DNA from: Squalus acanthias
Taxonomy: Eukaryota
Assembly: GCA_030390025.1 (NCBI GenBank)
Contig: CM059432.1
Coordinates: forward strand, 143,222,001-143,286,000
Length of the DNA: 64,000 bases
Reading direction: 5' to 3'
Shown here: positions 1 to 11,487 of the stretch, in pieces
Layout of the letters: each line of letters begins with the position of its first letter
How positions within the stretch are numbered: the first letter of the stretch is position 1
The notes under the pieces: generated by a model
The model's database searches: none
Told to the model about the DNA's origin: nothing
Seen by the model: the letters and a program-made list of their open reading frames with translations, nothing else
Program-made: the position numbers and the translations under genes

Positions 1-199
1 AGTCTTCCTTTCTTTTACACTTGATCTTGACTCCCTGTGTACAACACCACAGGAGACTGATTAATATATATTTCAAAATTCTATGTACGTGAGCATTTCC
101 TGTCCAAATTTTTGATCAAAGTATTTATGTCAACAATTAACATTAAAACTGCCTATGTAAACATTTAGAATGAACATCCTTTATGGAAGCGTGACACAG

Positions 200-701
200 A
201 ACTTCCAGTCACTTTGCTATTTTAATTCTAAGCTCCACTCCCACTCTGACCTCACCATCCTCGGCCTCCTACACTGTTCTAATGAAGCTCAACGTAAGCT
301 CGAGGAACAGCACCTCATCTTTCGATTAGGCACTTAACAGCCTTCTGGACTCAACATCGAGTTCAACAATTTCAGATCATAACCTCTGCTCTCATTTTCT
401 CAGACAGCAGGTGCTAGTAATGATTCTGCTGTTGCCATTTACACCTCCTCTAGACCCATCTTTTGTTTCTTTACATCTTTTGGCCCATTACCTCCCCCTT
501 TCGCCTTGCACTATCATCCCTTTTGTCTTTTAACCTCTCCTGCCTTCCACCCTATCACAGACCTTCCCTTTTATTCTTTCCTCCCCTCCCCCCTTTCCCT
601 GCCTCTGTACTTGCTTAAAACCTGTTACATCTCTAACTATCTTCCAGTTCTTTCCACAGATGCTGCCTGGCCTGCTATTTCCAGCATTTTCTGTTTATAT
701 T
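200..701 (+). mobile_element. Penelope-like retroelement 3' fragment (GIY-YIG endonuclease C-terminus plus 3' UTR), degenerate
   Basis: 242-382 reads HSDLTILGLLHCSNEAQRKLEEQHLIFRLGT*QPSGLNIEFNNFRS*, the typical PLE endonuclease end. The UTR ends ...ccacagatgctgcc...ccagcattttctg, matching the fragment at 44300-44550. Confidence 0.75.
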
Positions 702-1075
702 CCTGTATGTAAACAGTTGCCTGTAATGATATCATTGCATGCTCTGGCCAGTAGGTGGTGCCATGGAGTGAGTTTCTGAGGTCTTTTTTCCAACTCCATC
801 ATGATCTGGTGTATATGGAAAATCAACTGACAATGTCACAGGCAATTTACTAGTTATGTAATTCTTCAGACTTCTGCTTTGTCACACCTGTTTCCTGTTG
901 TCATGATTTAGTAATGTCTTTGTGACATTGTCTAGAGTCAACACCTAAAGCATAACAGTCATGCTTGCTTCTATTGCTTTTTATGGGTAACACTGAAACT
1001 TTCAGTCCTCCTACCACTGATGGCGAGAGTTATCGTTTCCTCTGGCTTCCAGTAAGCAAGGCCACGAGAGCTTCT

Positions 1076-1279
1076 CTAGTGTCACACTGAGTGTGTAAGC
1101 CTAACTTCACTAGTGTCACACTGAGTGTGTAAGCCTAACTTCACTCGTGTCACACTGAGTGTGTAAGCCTAACTTCACTCGTGTCACACTGAGTGTGTAA
1201 GCCTAACTTCACTCGTGTCACACTGAGTGTGTAAGCCTAACTTCACTCGTGTCACACTGAGTGTGTAAGCCTAACTTCA
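1076..1279. repeat. 34-bp tandem repeat, 6 copies
   Basis: Unit ct(a/c)gtgtcacactgagtgtgtaagcctaacttca repeated head to tail with no spacers. Confidence 0.95.
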
Positions 1280-2344
1280 ACTACAACTCATCACCATGTA
1301 GGAAGATCATGCTTTAATCTCTCCAACATTCCATACTCTGTGAAAAGCCCCAGATTTCAGAAGGGACAGCTGTTCCGCTAGAGACTCCTTTCCTCCTTTC
1401 TTTGCTGTGGTCTTTCTCAGCAATTGGGTGACATAACCTGTTTGCAAAAAAAGTATTGGTTGGGTATGTTTGGAACATTTTCTGTAGTTAATTGATTGCT
1501 TTGTAACATTATTCCAATATTTCTTGATCAATAATTCAATAAGCTGAAAATATTATTCATAACCAGGGCTAAACTGACTAAAATTTTCATCTTCTTCATT
1601 TTCATGAGCAACCTTTATGGCTGTAGATGCATCACCATCATCCCAGTAATGATTCCGTCTTCTATATACATGTTGTTCCAATCTCAGACATGTTTTATTA
1701 TGCTGAAACAAATTGTGGATTTGATATAAGCCAATTTGGGGTCTCTTGAAAAACAATGAGAATTTTTCATATGTTTAAGATTTTTGATGTTTATTTGCTC
1801 ATTTAGGTAAAAGATGTCACTGCTCAAATTTAGTCGAAGAGTTGGGTTTTAAGGAGGGTCTTAAGGGAAAAGGGGGGAGAAGGAGAGGTAGAGGGTTTTA
1901 GAGTGAGAACGCTACAGTGTGGTCACGCAATGCTCTAGGGCCACAAAGATGGTCTATTGTATTTTTGTTTGATAATATCATTCAAATTTGTCTGGTTTTC
2001 TTTTGTTTTATGAAGAAGATAAAAGCAAGGCCTATCTACAATAGTCTTTAATTCTTACTGGATTCCGAAGGATGTTCAAGGAAATAGACTCAGCGATTTC
2101 ATGTCACACTCTATAGCTGATGACCTGTATGTTATAAATTCTGATTGCCTCGTAATCTGGTATTGATCAAATTGACCTTATTTTATAACTCTACCTAATT
2201 TTCCAAATAAATTTCATTAATGGTTTTAGCCTGTCAAATTACTGCTCTGTATTTGAAATATTTTTCACTTAACTCGAATAAGTGTGGTAGCACAGCAGGA
2301 GAAGATGCTTAATTTAATAGTAATACCGCACATGGGTGATGGTT

Positions 2345-2740
2345 AGAGCAGAGAAGGTTAATAGAGGTGTTCAAAATCATGAAGGGTTTTGTTAGAGTAA
2401 ATAAGGAGAAACTGCTTCGAGTGGCAGGAGGGTCGGTAACCAGAGGACACGGATTTAAAGTAATTGGCAAAAGAACCGGAGGCGACATGACGAGAATTTT
2501 TTTTTAAATGCAGCGAGAACATGTGATCTGGAACGCGCTGCCTGAAAGGGCGGTGGAAGCAGATTCAATCGTAACTTTCAAAAGGGAATTGGACAAATAC
2601 TTGAAGGTGAAAAAAAATGCAGGGCTGTGGGGAAAGCGCAGGGGGGGAGTGGGAGTAATTGGATCACTCTTTGAAAGAGCCAGCGCAGGTACGGTGGGCC
2701 GAATGGCCTCCTTCTCTGCTGTACCATTCTATGATTCTCT
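2345..2740 (+). mobile_element. CR1 LINE 3' fragment
   Basis: Remnant peptide WNALPERAVEADSIVTFKRELDKYL and a CR1-type 3' end (gggccgaatggcct...ttctatgattct). Confidence 0.85.
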
Positions 2741-2904
2741 GTTAATCCCAAGGTCCAATCAATCTAGGGGGGACAGAATGTGAAAGGATGGCTTTCAGAT
2801 TGTAAGGGTAGGTTATAAAAACTGTTATCAGGTAGTTGAACCATCTAACAGTGCAAAAGAATCCAAAACAGCATGTCCTCACAGTGGGATGTAAATTATG
2901 GAAA

Positions 2905-3300
2905 TATACAACAACAACTTGCATGTATTTGACACCTTTAATGCAGTAAAACGTTCCAAGGTGCTTCACAGGAGCGAATGTCAGACAACAATTGTAACTG
3001 AACCACAGGAGGAGATATTAGGGCAGGTGACCAAAAGCTTGGTCAGAGGTAGGTTTTAAGGAGCGTCTTAAAGGAGGAAAGTGAGGTAGAGAGGTTCAGG
3101 GAGGGAATTCCAGAGCTTAGGGCCTAAGCGGGTGAAGGCGCGGCCGCCAATGGTGGGGCAAAGGAAGTGGGAGATGCACAAGAGGCCAGAATTGGAGAAG
3201 CGCAGAGATCTCGGAGGGTTGTAGTGCTGGAGGAGGTTACAGAGATAGAGAGGGCGAGGCCATGGAGGGATTTGAGCACAAGGATGAGAATTTTAAAATT
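2905..3300 (-). mobile_element. L2-clade LINE 3' fragment
   Basis: Remnant peptide FKILILVLKSLHGLA; same family as 12945-13405 and 56625-57085. Confidence 0.75.
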
Positions 3301-3324
3301 TTCATACAAATAGTTCCTTGAATA

Positions 3325-3680
3325 AAGACTTCACATTTATATCGCACCTTTTATACCCTCAGCATGTCCCAAAGTGCTTGACAGCCAATTAAGTACTTTT
3401 GAAATGTAGTCACTGTTGTAATGCAGGAAAGGAGGCAGCCAATTTGTGCACAGCAAGATTCCACCAACAGCAACAAGATAAATGACCAGATAATCCGTTT
3501 CCTTGGTGATGTTGGTTGAAGGATGAATTTCGAGAGAACTCCCTGCTCTTCCTCCAATGGTGCGATGGGATTTTTTTCGGTACAAGCGGCCAGAACCTCA
3601 GTTTAATGCAGCACTCACCTCAGCGCTACACTCAAGGATGAGGCGAGATTATTTGTGCCCAAGTCCTGGATTGGGGCTTG
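3325..3680 (-). mobile_element. Deu-domain tRNA-SINE, degenerate
   Basis: Reverse complement matches the body and tail of the copy at 15230-15686. Confidence 0.7.
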
Positions 3681-3799
3681 ACCAAAGACAAATTGGCGCA
3701 AAAAACTTCATAGAAACAAATTCAACGTAAACAACAAAAGATGGAAATAGAAACACCCTAGTTACAGTGTGAGTGACTAACTTCCTCAGTCCAAGCGTG

Positions 3800-4198
3800 T
3801 TTCCTCTGGCTGGTTTATTTTTGTAACTATTGTGCAAGGTGGAACTCCGAGTGGACATGGAACCTTTAGAAATGTCACAGCTACCGGTATCGGCACTTGC
3901 TTTGCCGAGACTGTGTAAGAGTACAGGCACAAGAGCAGTGAGAAGCGGCTTGCATTTATTAAAAAAAAGACTGGTGTTGTTCAATGGTTGGACAGTTCTT
4001 ACTGAATGGATGGGGAGGCAAGTCTTGTTCTCACTTCAGCGGAGCGGTAAGATCGAAAAGAAAAGCTTGTAGCAAGTGCACAAGGAGAGGCGGAGGGTGG
4101 AAGGGGGAGATACAAGCTCAGCCCGGCTCCTCGAGCACCAACTCAACCAACGTCAAAGGCAAAGAGGAGAGCGATATCTTACAGCGAGGAGCAGGAAG
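3800..4198 (+). other. Putative non-coding first exon of the TRH receptor (start uncertain)
   Basis: Unique sequence ending in a strong donor AAG|GTAGGA at 4198/4199. A polypyrimidine acceptor (ctccttctctccatcacggttcag) ends at 5256, upstream of the ATG. Confidence 0.35.
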
Positions 4199-5363
4199 GT
4201 AGGAGAGACCCACCGATGCAATCTGTACATTGTTGTCGGGCTGCGGGGATCTAATTGGGTTTATGTGCGTGTACACATGAACTAGCTCATTTCTTATTCA
4301 TACGTCCGCAGAAGCGGTGGTGGTGGAATGTGATCAGGTCGGGAGGAGAGAGAAATGATGTTGTCAAGTAAGGAGATTAATGGGAGTTTAAACCGGGTGA
4401 TAGAAGGGGAATATTGGGGGGAGGGGGGGGTGGGATCTAGCTTATCGATGGAACACATCCCTGATCTGGAAATTGAGACAAAACATTACTGACTGATATC
4501 TACAAACTGGGCTGAGAGGGGAGATATCATTCTGAATTATATATTTGGATACAACTTTCTAAACGCGGTTTAGTTTAGTTTAGGAGTTATATTTTTGAAC
4601 TAAATCAGCATGGCCAACATGCAGAGAAATATTGAACCTGTTAGTGTAGTTTACCTCAGTGTATATACCGCGTTGTGACGCGACGTTTATAAAGGGTCAG
4701 ACTCTAGCCCACCCTGGCAGGACACGAGAGACCCGACCCTATCCTGCAGACCCTGTTGTGTTCTGGAGATCTTGGGGCGACCTTTCCTACCCTGCAGATC
4801 CTGTCCCACCTTGGAGATCCTGGTAGGACCCTATCCTCTTCTGCATGATGTTTAGTCATTCACCACTATCTCTGCTCCTGATCATCCAAATAGTGTCACC
4901 ACAATCCTGGCGGTTAAAGTTCCCCGTTTAAATCAATTATTCTGTCACACATCATTCGGCCTTGTCTGGTTAGACATTTTTTAAGGAAAGCTGTGCAACT
5001 AAACTCAGTTAGCCGTTCTGCCCTGTGTGTGTGCATTGATTGGGAGTCTATTGTACACAGTGTCAGTTTGTTAGTGCATACAAGTTCGGGATTTCTTGAA
5101 ATAAACACTTTAATTTATATTGTTCTCTATAAGGTATTTTTGGGAGACAGTCAGGAGAGTGATACCGACACAGCCCCGCTATGTATGGACCTCAATGAAC
5201 CTTGTTTCCTAACTGTGACTGAAGCAGTATCGCTCCTTCTCTCCATCACGGTTCAGGACAGACCAGGAATGTGGACAACCCGCCGATCCTCCTCAGCAGC
5301 GGCAGCAGCAGCACCGTGCCACTAACTCGGGCCAAAAAAAAAAGCGAACCGATTCACCTGGCA

Positions 5364-6155
5364 ATGGAGAACTTGACCTCCTACGAGGAGGACCGGCTGG
5401 ACAAGGCGTACGGGAACAGGACGGAGCACAGCCTTGAGTACGCGATGGCGAGCATGTCCCTGATCCTGCTGATATGTGGAGCCGGCATAATGGGCAACGT
5501 CATGGTCGTGTTGGTGGTCCTCAGCACAAAGCACATGAGGACCCCCACTAACTGCTACCTGGTGAGCCTGGCAACCGCTGACTTGGTGGTATTGGTGGCT
5601 GCAGGCCTCCCCAACATCACCAACACCACCTATGGGTCCTGGGTTTATGGTTACACTGGCTGCCTCGGCATCACCTATCTCCAGTACCTGGGGATCAACG
5701 TGTCCTCTTGTTCAATAACCGCCTTCACCGTTGAGAGATACATTGCGATCTGCCACCCTATCAAAGCCCAGTTTATCTGCACTACTTCCAGAGCCAAGAA
5801 GATAATCCTGCTAGTCTGGGCTTTCACTTCTGTCTACTGTGTGATGTGGTTCTTCCTAGTCGACATCAAGCAGACCATCTACAAGGACATGACCGTGGTG
5901 GCATGTGACTACAGGGTCCCCAGAAACTTCTACCTGCCCATTTATTTTCTAGATTTCTTCCTGTTCTATGTGGCGCCTCTGGTCCTGGCCACTGTGCTGT
6001 ACTGGCTGATCGGCAGAATTTTGTTTGTCAACCCCATCCCCGCTGGCCCGACAGAGAGCACCAAGCGACGGCGGAACCAACCCGCCCACCCTCAGCACAC
6101 ATCGAAAACAACCGACCCGAAAGCATCGAGCAGCACCGCGACCTCCAGAAGGCAG
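5364..6155 (+). CDS. trhr: Thyrotropin-releasing hormone receptor, coding exon 1 (TM1-TM5 and part of ICL3; 264 codons)
   Basis: Start context gcaATGG. Peptides [55 protein letters not shown] and SRAKKII are diagnostic of TRHR. The exon ends ...TSRRQ at CAG|GCAAGT. Confidence 0.95.
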
Positions 6156-7204
6156 GCAAGTACAGCCAGCTATTACAAGTCATTGGACTGGGGGGGGGTC
6201 TTGCCTTCCCCAAACTGCATGGGTTTTTGCTAATGTCACGGCACAGGATGAGAAGCAAGATTTCCACTTACCTGCCGACATGGACAGCAGAATATTCTCC
6301 CCCTCCCTCCCTCCTCTGTTCGTTCAACCTCCCACCCATCAACTCCGGCCCCTGAGTGTGGGAGCGCTGAGGGAAGGGGATGAGTTAAGTTCGGTAAACT
6401 CTGAACTGATACATGTATAATTCTCTCCAGCACATACAACGGCAATTGTAGCACTGTATAACTGAAGTCACTCATGTGCGAAAGCACGTCAAGTTTTCGA
6501 TATTTTCTATGGCTTATTTAAAGCGCCAGTTAAAATGCCCAACTTAGCAAAACTCGAGACACGTCCCATTACTCAATATTTTTCAATATTCTTACAATAT
6601 AACATAGGCACGTTTAACATCTTTTTTTAAAAAAACTTTAATTTGGATTTCAATCAACTAAAGTGACTTCTTTGAATCTCAGACCATCCTATTAAAATCC
6701 ATTCTGATAGTGTCACACTTTCGGTGTCACACTTACTTCCTGTCACACTTTCCCCTTCACAATTTGCTGATAAACCTCGACTGTGATTTTTTTTAATAGT
6801 ATATAGTTCACTCCTATTAATTCCAAAAGTCATTTAATTGGATGTATCTGTTATTTTCACGGCTTAAGTCGCTTTACTGGATAGTTCAAGGTTTTAAAAG
6901 AAAGACTCGCATTTCTACAGCACCTTTCCCCACCTCAGGACGTCCCAAAGCGCTTTACAGCCAATGAAGTCCTTTTGAAGAGTCCTCACTGATGTAATGT
7001 AGGAAAACGATTAAAAAAACACAAATTCAAATTTCAGGGTAAACCATATTTTCTGACTCACTGTGAGAAATACTATCTGAGATCTGCTATAATAAATTAA
7101 AAGGAATATTCATCCAGAAGCCTAGCATTTTAAAGCCAGTAACATTTTCCCAAAATAAGGTACCCAGCATTCCAATATTGTCCAATCTCAACCTCACTAC
7201 TTTT

Positions 7205-7655
7205 TTTTTCAATTCACTCTCGGGCTGTGGGCGTCGCTGGCAAGACCGAGATTTATTGCCCATCTCTAATTGCCCTGAGAAGGTGGTGGTGGGCCTTCTT
7301 CTTGAACTACTGGCAGTGGTTTTGATACAACTGAGTGATTTCTTGGCCACTGCAGAGGGCAGTTAAGAGTCAACTACGTTGGTGTGGGACTGGAGTCACA
7401 TATAGGCCAGACCGGGTCAGGACGGTAGATTTCCTTCCCTCAAGGGCATGAGTGAACCAGTTGGATTTTTATGACAATCCAACAGCTTCATGGTCACTTT
7501 TACTGACATCAGCTTTGTATTTACACTGTATTCAAATTCTGAAACTGCCATGGTGGGATTTGAACTCATGTTCTACCTGGATTACCAGTCCAGGCCTCTG
7601 GATTACTAGTCCATAACAACCATAACAGCCATAAAAATATCCAGTCCACTACCAT
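7205..7655 (-). mobile_element. tRNA-derived SINE (second family) with a LINE-derived tail, in the trhr intron
   Basis: On the minus strand: B-box gagttcaaatcccacc, core ...actggttcact...agggaaggaa...ggtctggcctatatgtgactccag, and a tail like the 3' end of the LINE at 44840-47620. Confidence 0.75.
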
Positions 7656-8191
7656 GCTGATCACTGTTGCCTTGTTGTTTGGAGGTACCCAGAGTTGGAA
7701 CCTTCCCTTTATTACTGGTACAGCTTTAAGCTGCAGTTATATCAGAGGGCTGGTTTGGGAGCAGCTTTTACAGTGCTGTCAGCTGGCAGAACCAAGTTAC
7801 ACTGCCCGCTCTGCTCTTTTGTCAGGGGGAAAGCAGAGCTCTGCGTTTGTGCATTAAAGCTCAATGTATGTGTAGACCTCTGCTAACTGGTGTCTGAATG
7901 CCAGGGCTGTTAATGTTAATGCAGAGCTCACAGTTCACTATTAAAAGAATAGTCTTGGAAACTATAGTCTTAAAATGTACAAATGCTGATTAGCCCTGGC
8001 TGCTGTTATTCTGGCTGTATAAAGTATGCAAATAGGTCTCTCAATAACATTCTACATCTTTAATATATTAGTATGACTTTTAGACAACGGTAAATAGCAA
8101 AAATCAAAGGGAAATGAAAATTGATAAAAGTTTGTGTTGTTGAGGTCAGTATCAATGCTTACAGAATACTTCCTCCTGTTTGGCAGTTTAG

Positions 8192-8608
8192 GTGACCAAG
8201 ATGTTGGCAGTGGTGGTCATCCTCTTTGCTCTACTGTGGATGCCTTACAGGACCCTTGTGGTCATCAACTCCTTCCTGAGCCAACCCTTCACCAATCCCT
8301 GGGTCCTGCTCTTCTGCCGAGTCTGCATCTATCTGAACAGCGCCGTCAACCCCATCATTTACAACCTGATGTCTCAGAAGTTCAGGGCGGCCTTTATGAA
8401 GCTGTGCAAGTGCGAGGAGAAACAGCCAGAGAAACCGGCCAGTTACAGCGTGGCACTCAATTACAGTATCATCAAGGAGCCTTCCAACGGAAGCCCTGAT
8501 CACTTCAACACCGAGCTGGAAGATATCACCGAGCAGTTCCTGTCCACCAAGGAAGTCTCCTTTGACACCACCAGTGTATTTCCAAAGGTGGTGTCCAGCC
8601 AAGCCTGA
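8192..8608 (+). CDS. trhr: Thyrotropin-releasing hormone receptor, coding exon 2 (TM6, TM7, C-tail; 138 aa plus stop)
   Basis: Acceptor tttag|GTG. Peptide [24 protein letters not shown]...[23 protein letters not shown]...[12 protein letters not shown]...[12 protein letters not shown] phase-0 join restores the conserved RQ-VTKML junction. Confidence 0.95.
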   Translation: MTKMLAVVVILFALLWMPYRTLVVINSFLSQPFTNPWVLLFCRVCIYLNSAVNPIIYNLMSQKFRAAFMKLCKCEEKQPEKPASYSVALNYSIIKEPSNGSPDHFNTELEDITEQFLSTKEVSFDTTSVFPKVVSSQA

Positions 8609-8971
8609 CATCTGGCTGAGATATGACTTTTCAAAATGAATTAGGCGTGTAAACAAATTGACATTTTATTAATTGTGGATGAATCATATTCTGACAAAGA
8701 AATACCGAAGGAAATCAATATATGCATGACAGTAAACAGCTAAACAGTGGTATACAATGGCCCAGAAAAGCCTGATAAATGAAAAGGTATCTTCCCCACA
8801 AGTAAAAAAAAAAACCCTCCTTTTGCATCAGTTTTTTCATTGTGAATTCTGTGCAGATACTTAACATATAGACAACATGACTATGGCCTGTGGTGTGTTG
8901 TACCAGCTTAAGTTGGTTTTATCTCTGAGTATGGTGGTTGTGCTATGCCAATAATGGTTAGTATGTATAGA

Positions 8972-10833
8972 GACTCTGTCTTCGACTCGAGTGTCCTCAA
9001 CTCCATCCCGCAGCATGCTACCCGCCACCATCTCAGCACAACCCCAGCCCGGCATGAGGTTGAAAAGGCCATCCGACAACTGAAGAACAACAAGGCCTCA
9101 GGAGCAGATGGAATCCCTGCCAAGGCACTAAAGCATGGCGGAGAAGCACTACTGGTGCGAATTCATGAACTCATTTCTCTTATCTGGGAGGAGGAGAGCA
9201 TGCCAGGGGATCTCAGAGATGCCGTAATTGTGACCATCTTCAAGAAAGGTGACAAGTCCGATTGCGATAATTACAGAGGAGTTTCCCTGCTGTCTGCCAC
9301 AGGGAAAGTCATCACAAGAATCCTCCTCAATCGCCTTCTCCCAGTGGCCGAAGAGCTCCTCCCAGAGTCGCAATGCGGATTCCGCCCACTAAGGGGCACA
9401 ATGGACATGATCTTCACCGCACGTCAATTACAAGAGAAATGCAGGGAACAGCACCAACCGCTGTACATGGCCTTCTTTGACCTCACAAAGGCTTTCGACA
9501 CTGTCAACCGTGAGGGATTATGGAGTGTCCTCCTCAAATTTGACTGCCCTCAAACGTTTGTCACCATCCTCCGCCTGCTTCATGACGACATGCAAGCCGT
9601 GATCCTGACCACCACAGACCCAATTCACGTACGGACCGGGGTCAAGCAAGGCTGTGTCATCGCACCAACGCTCTTCTCAATCTTCCTTGCTGCAATGCTC
9701 CATCTCACCCTCAGTAAGCTCCCTGCTAGAGTGGAGCTAATTTACAGAACAAACGGGAAACTGTTCAATCTCCATCGCCTCCAGTCCAGATCCAAGGTTG
9801 TCCCATTCTCTGTCGTCAAATTATCGTATGCAGATGATGCTTGCATCTGCGCTCACTCGGAGGTCAAACTCCAAACCATCATCAACACCTTCACCGAAGC
9901 ATACGAAAGCATGGGCCTTACACTAAACATCCGTAAGACAAAGGTCCTCTACCAACCTGCCCCTGCCACACAGTACTGCCCCCCGATTATCAAAATCCAC
10001 GACAAGGCCTTGGACAATGTGGACCACTTTCCATACCTCGGGAGCCTACTGTCAACAAAGGCAGACGTCGATGACGAAGTCCAACACCGCCTTCAGTGTG
10101 CCAGTGCAGCCTTCGGTCGCCTGAGGAAGGGAGTGTTTGAAGACCAGGACCTCAAACCCGGCACTAAGCTCATGGTCTACAGAGCAGCAGTGATACCCGC
10201 CCTGCTGTATGCCTCAGAGCCATGGACCATGTACAGCAGGCACCTCAAAGCACTGGAGAGGTACCACCAACGCTGCCTCCTCAAGATCCTGCAAATCCAT
10301 TGGCAGGATAGGCGCACCAACGTCAGTGTTCTCGCTCAGGTCAACATCCCCAGCATCGAAGCTTTCACCACGCTCGATCAGCTCCGATGGACGGGTCACA
10401 TCGTCCGCATGCCCGATACGAGACTCCCAAAACAAGTGCTCTACTCGGAGCTCCGACACAGCAAGAGAGCCCCAGGTGGACAGAGGAAATGCTTCAAGGA
10501 CACCCTCAAAGCCTCCTTGAAAAAGTGTAACATCCCCACCGACACCTGGGAATCCCTGGCCCAAGACCGCACAAAGTGGAGGAGAAGCATCCGGGAAGGT
10601 GCCGAACACCTCGAGTCTCTTCGCCGGGAGCAAGTGGAAACCAAGCGCAAGCAACGGAAGGCGCGCCGTCAACCCAAGCACCCCACCCACCCGCCCCTTC
10701 AACCACCGTCTGCCCCACCTGTGATAGAGACTGTAGGTCCCGCATTGGGCTCATCAGTCACCTGAGAACTCATTTTTAATGTGGAAGCAAGTCATCCTCG
10801 GTTCCGAGGGACTGCTTAAGAAGGAGAAGAATA
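8972..10833 (+). mobile_element. RTE-clade LINE, 5'-truncated, with an almost intact RT domain
   Basis: NYRGVSLLS, ESQCGFR, FFDLTKAFDTV, GVKQGCVIAPTLF, YADD and YLGS lie in one ORF. (AAG)n-like tail. 12-bp TSD agtatgtataga at 8960-8971 and 10834-10845. Confidence 0.95.
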
Positions 10834-11064
10834 AGTATGTATAGAATAATCAACATTTGAGAGGCAGCACAAGGCTAAAAAAGTCAAATAGGGATTCAGA
10901 TAATACAACATGGAGGAAGGACACTGCAAAATAACCTTGTCCTCAGGGTACTGAGGTGGGTGCAGTGCGTTATAACACTGTTCAATCACTTTGCAGACAG
11001 AAGTTCGAATTCAGCTACAACGGTCTGCACATCACACTTACAACCAGTTTTGAATATGCACTGT

Positions 11065-11487
11065 TTCCCCAGAACATCCACCAATTCAAACATCCACTCT
11101 CTCCACCACCGGCGTACTGTGTCTGCACCGTGTCCTACCTACAGGATGCACTGCAGCAACTCGCCAAGGCTTCTTCGACGGCACCTCCCAAACCTGCAAC
11201 CTCCACCACCTAGAAGGACAAGGGCAGCAGGTGAATGGGAACACCATCACCTCCAAGTTCCCCTTCAAGTCTCACACCATCTTCACTTTCGACTTATATC
11301 GGCGTACGTTCATCGACGTTGGGTTAAAATCCTGGAACTCCCACCCTAACAGCACTGTGGGAGCACCTTCACCACATGGACTGCAGCGGTTCAAGAAGGC
11401 GGCTCACCACCACCTTCTCAAGGGGCAATTAGGGATGGGCAATAAATGCTAGCCTTGCCAACGACGCCCACATCCCGAGAATAAATT
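11065..11487 (+). mobile_element. 3' fragment of the CR1-group LINE family seen at 44840-47620
   Basis: Remnant peptide NIHSLHHRRTV...KSWNS.PNSTVG and tail ggcaataaatgctagccttgccaacgacgcccacatccc. Confidence 0.8.

Noticed and set aside
1076..1279. CRISPR-like 34-bp palindromic repeats
   Set aside because: The units are contiguous with no unique spacers, there are no cas genes, and the context is vertebrate.
5271..5363. 31-aa N-terminal extension of the receptor shown in the ORF track
   Set aside because: It starts at GTG. The ATG at 5364 has a strong context and gives the usual MEN start and ~400-aa length.
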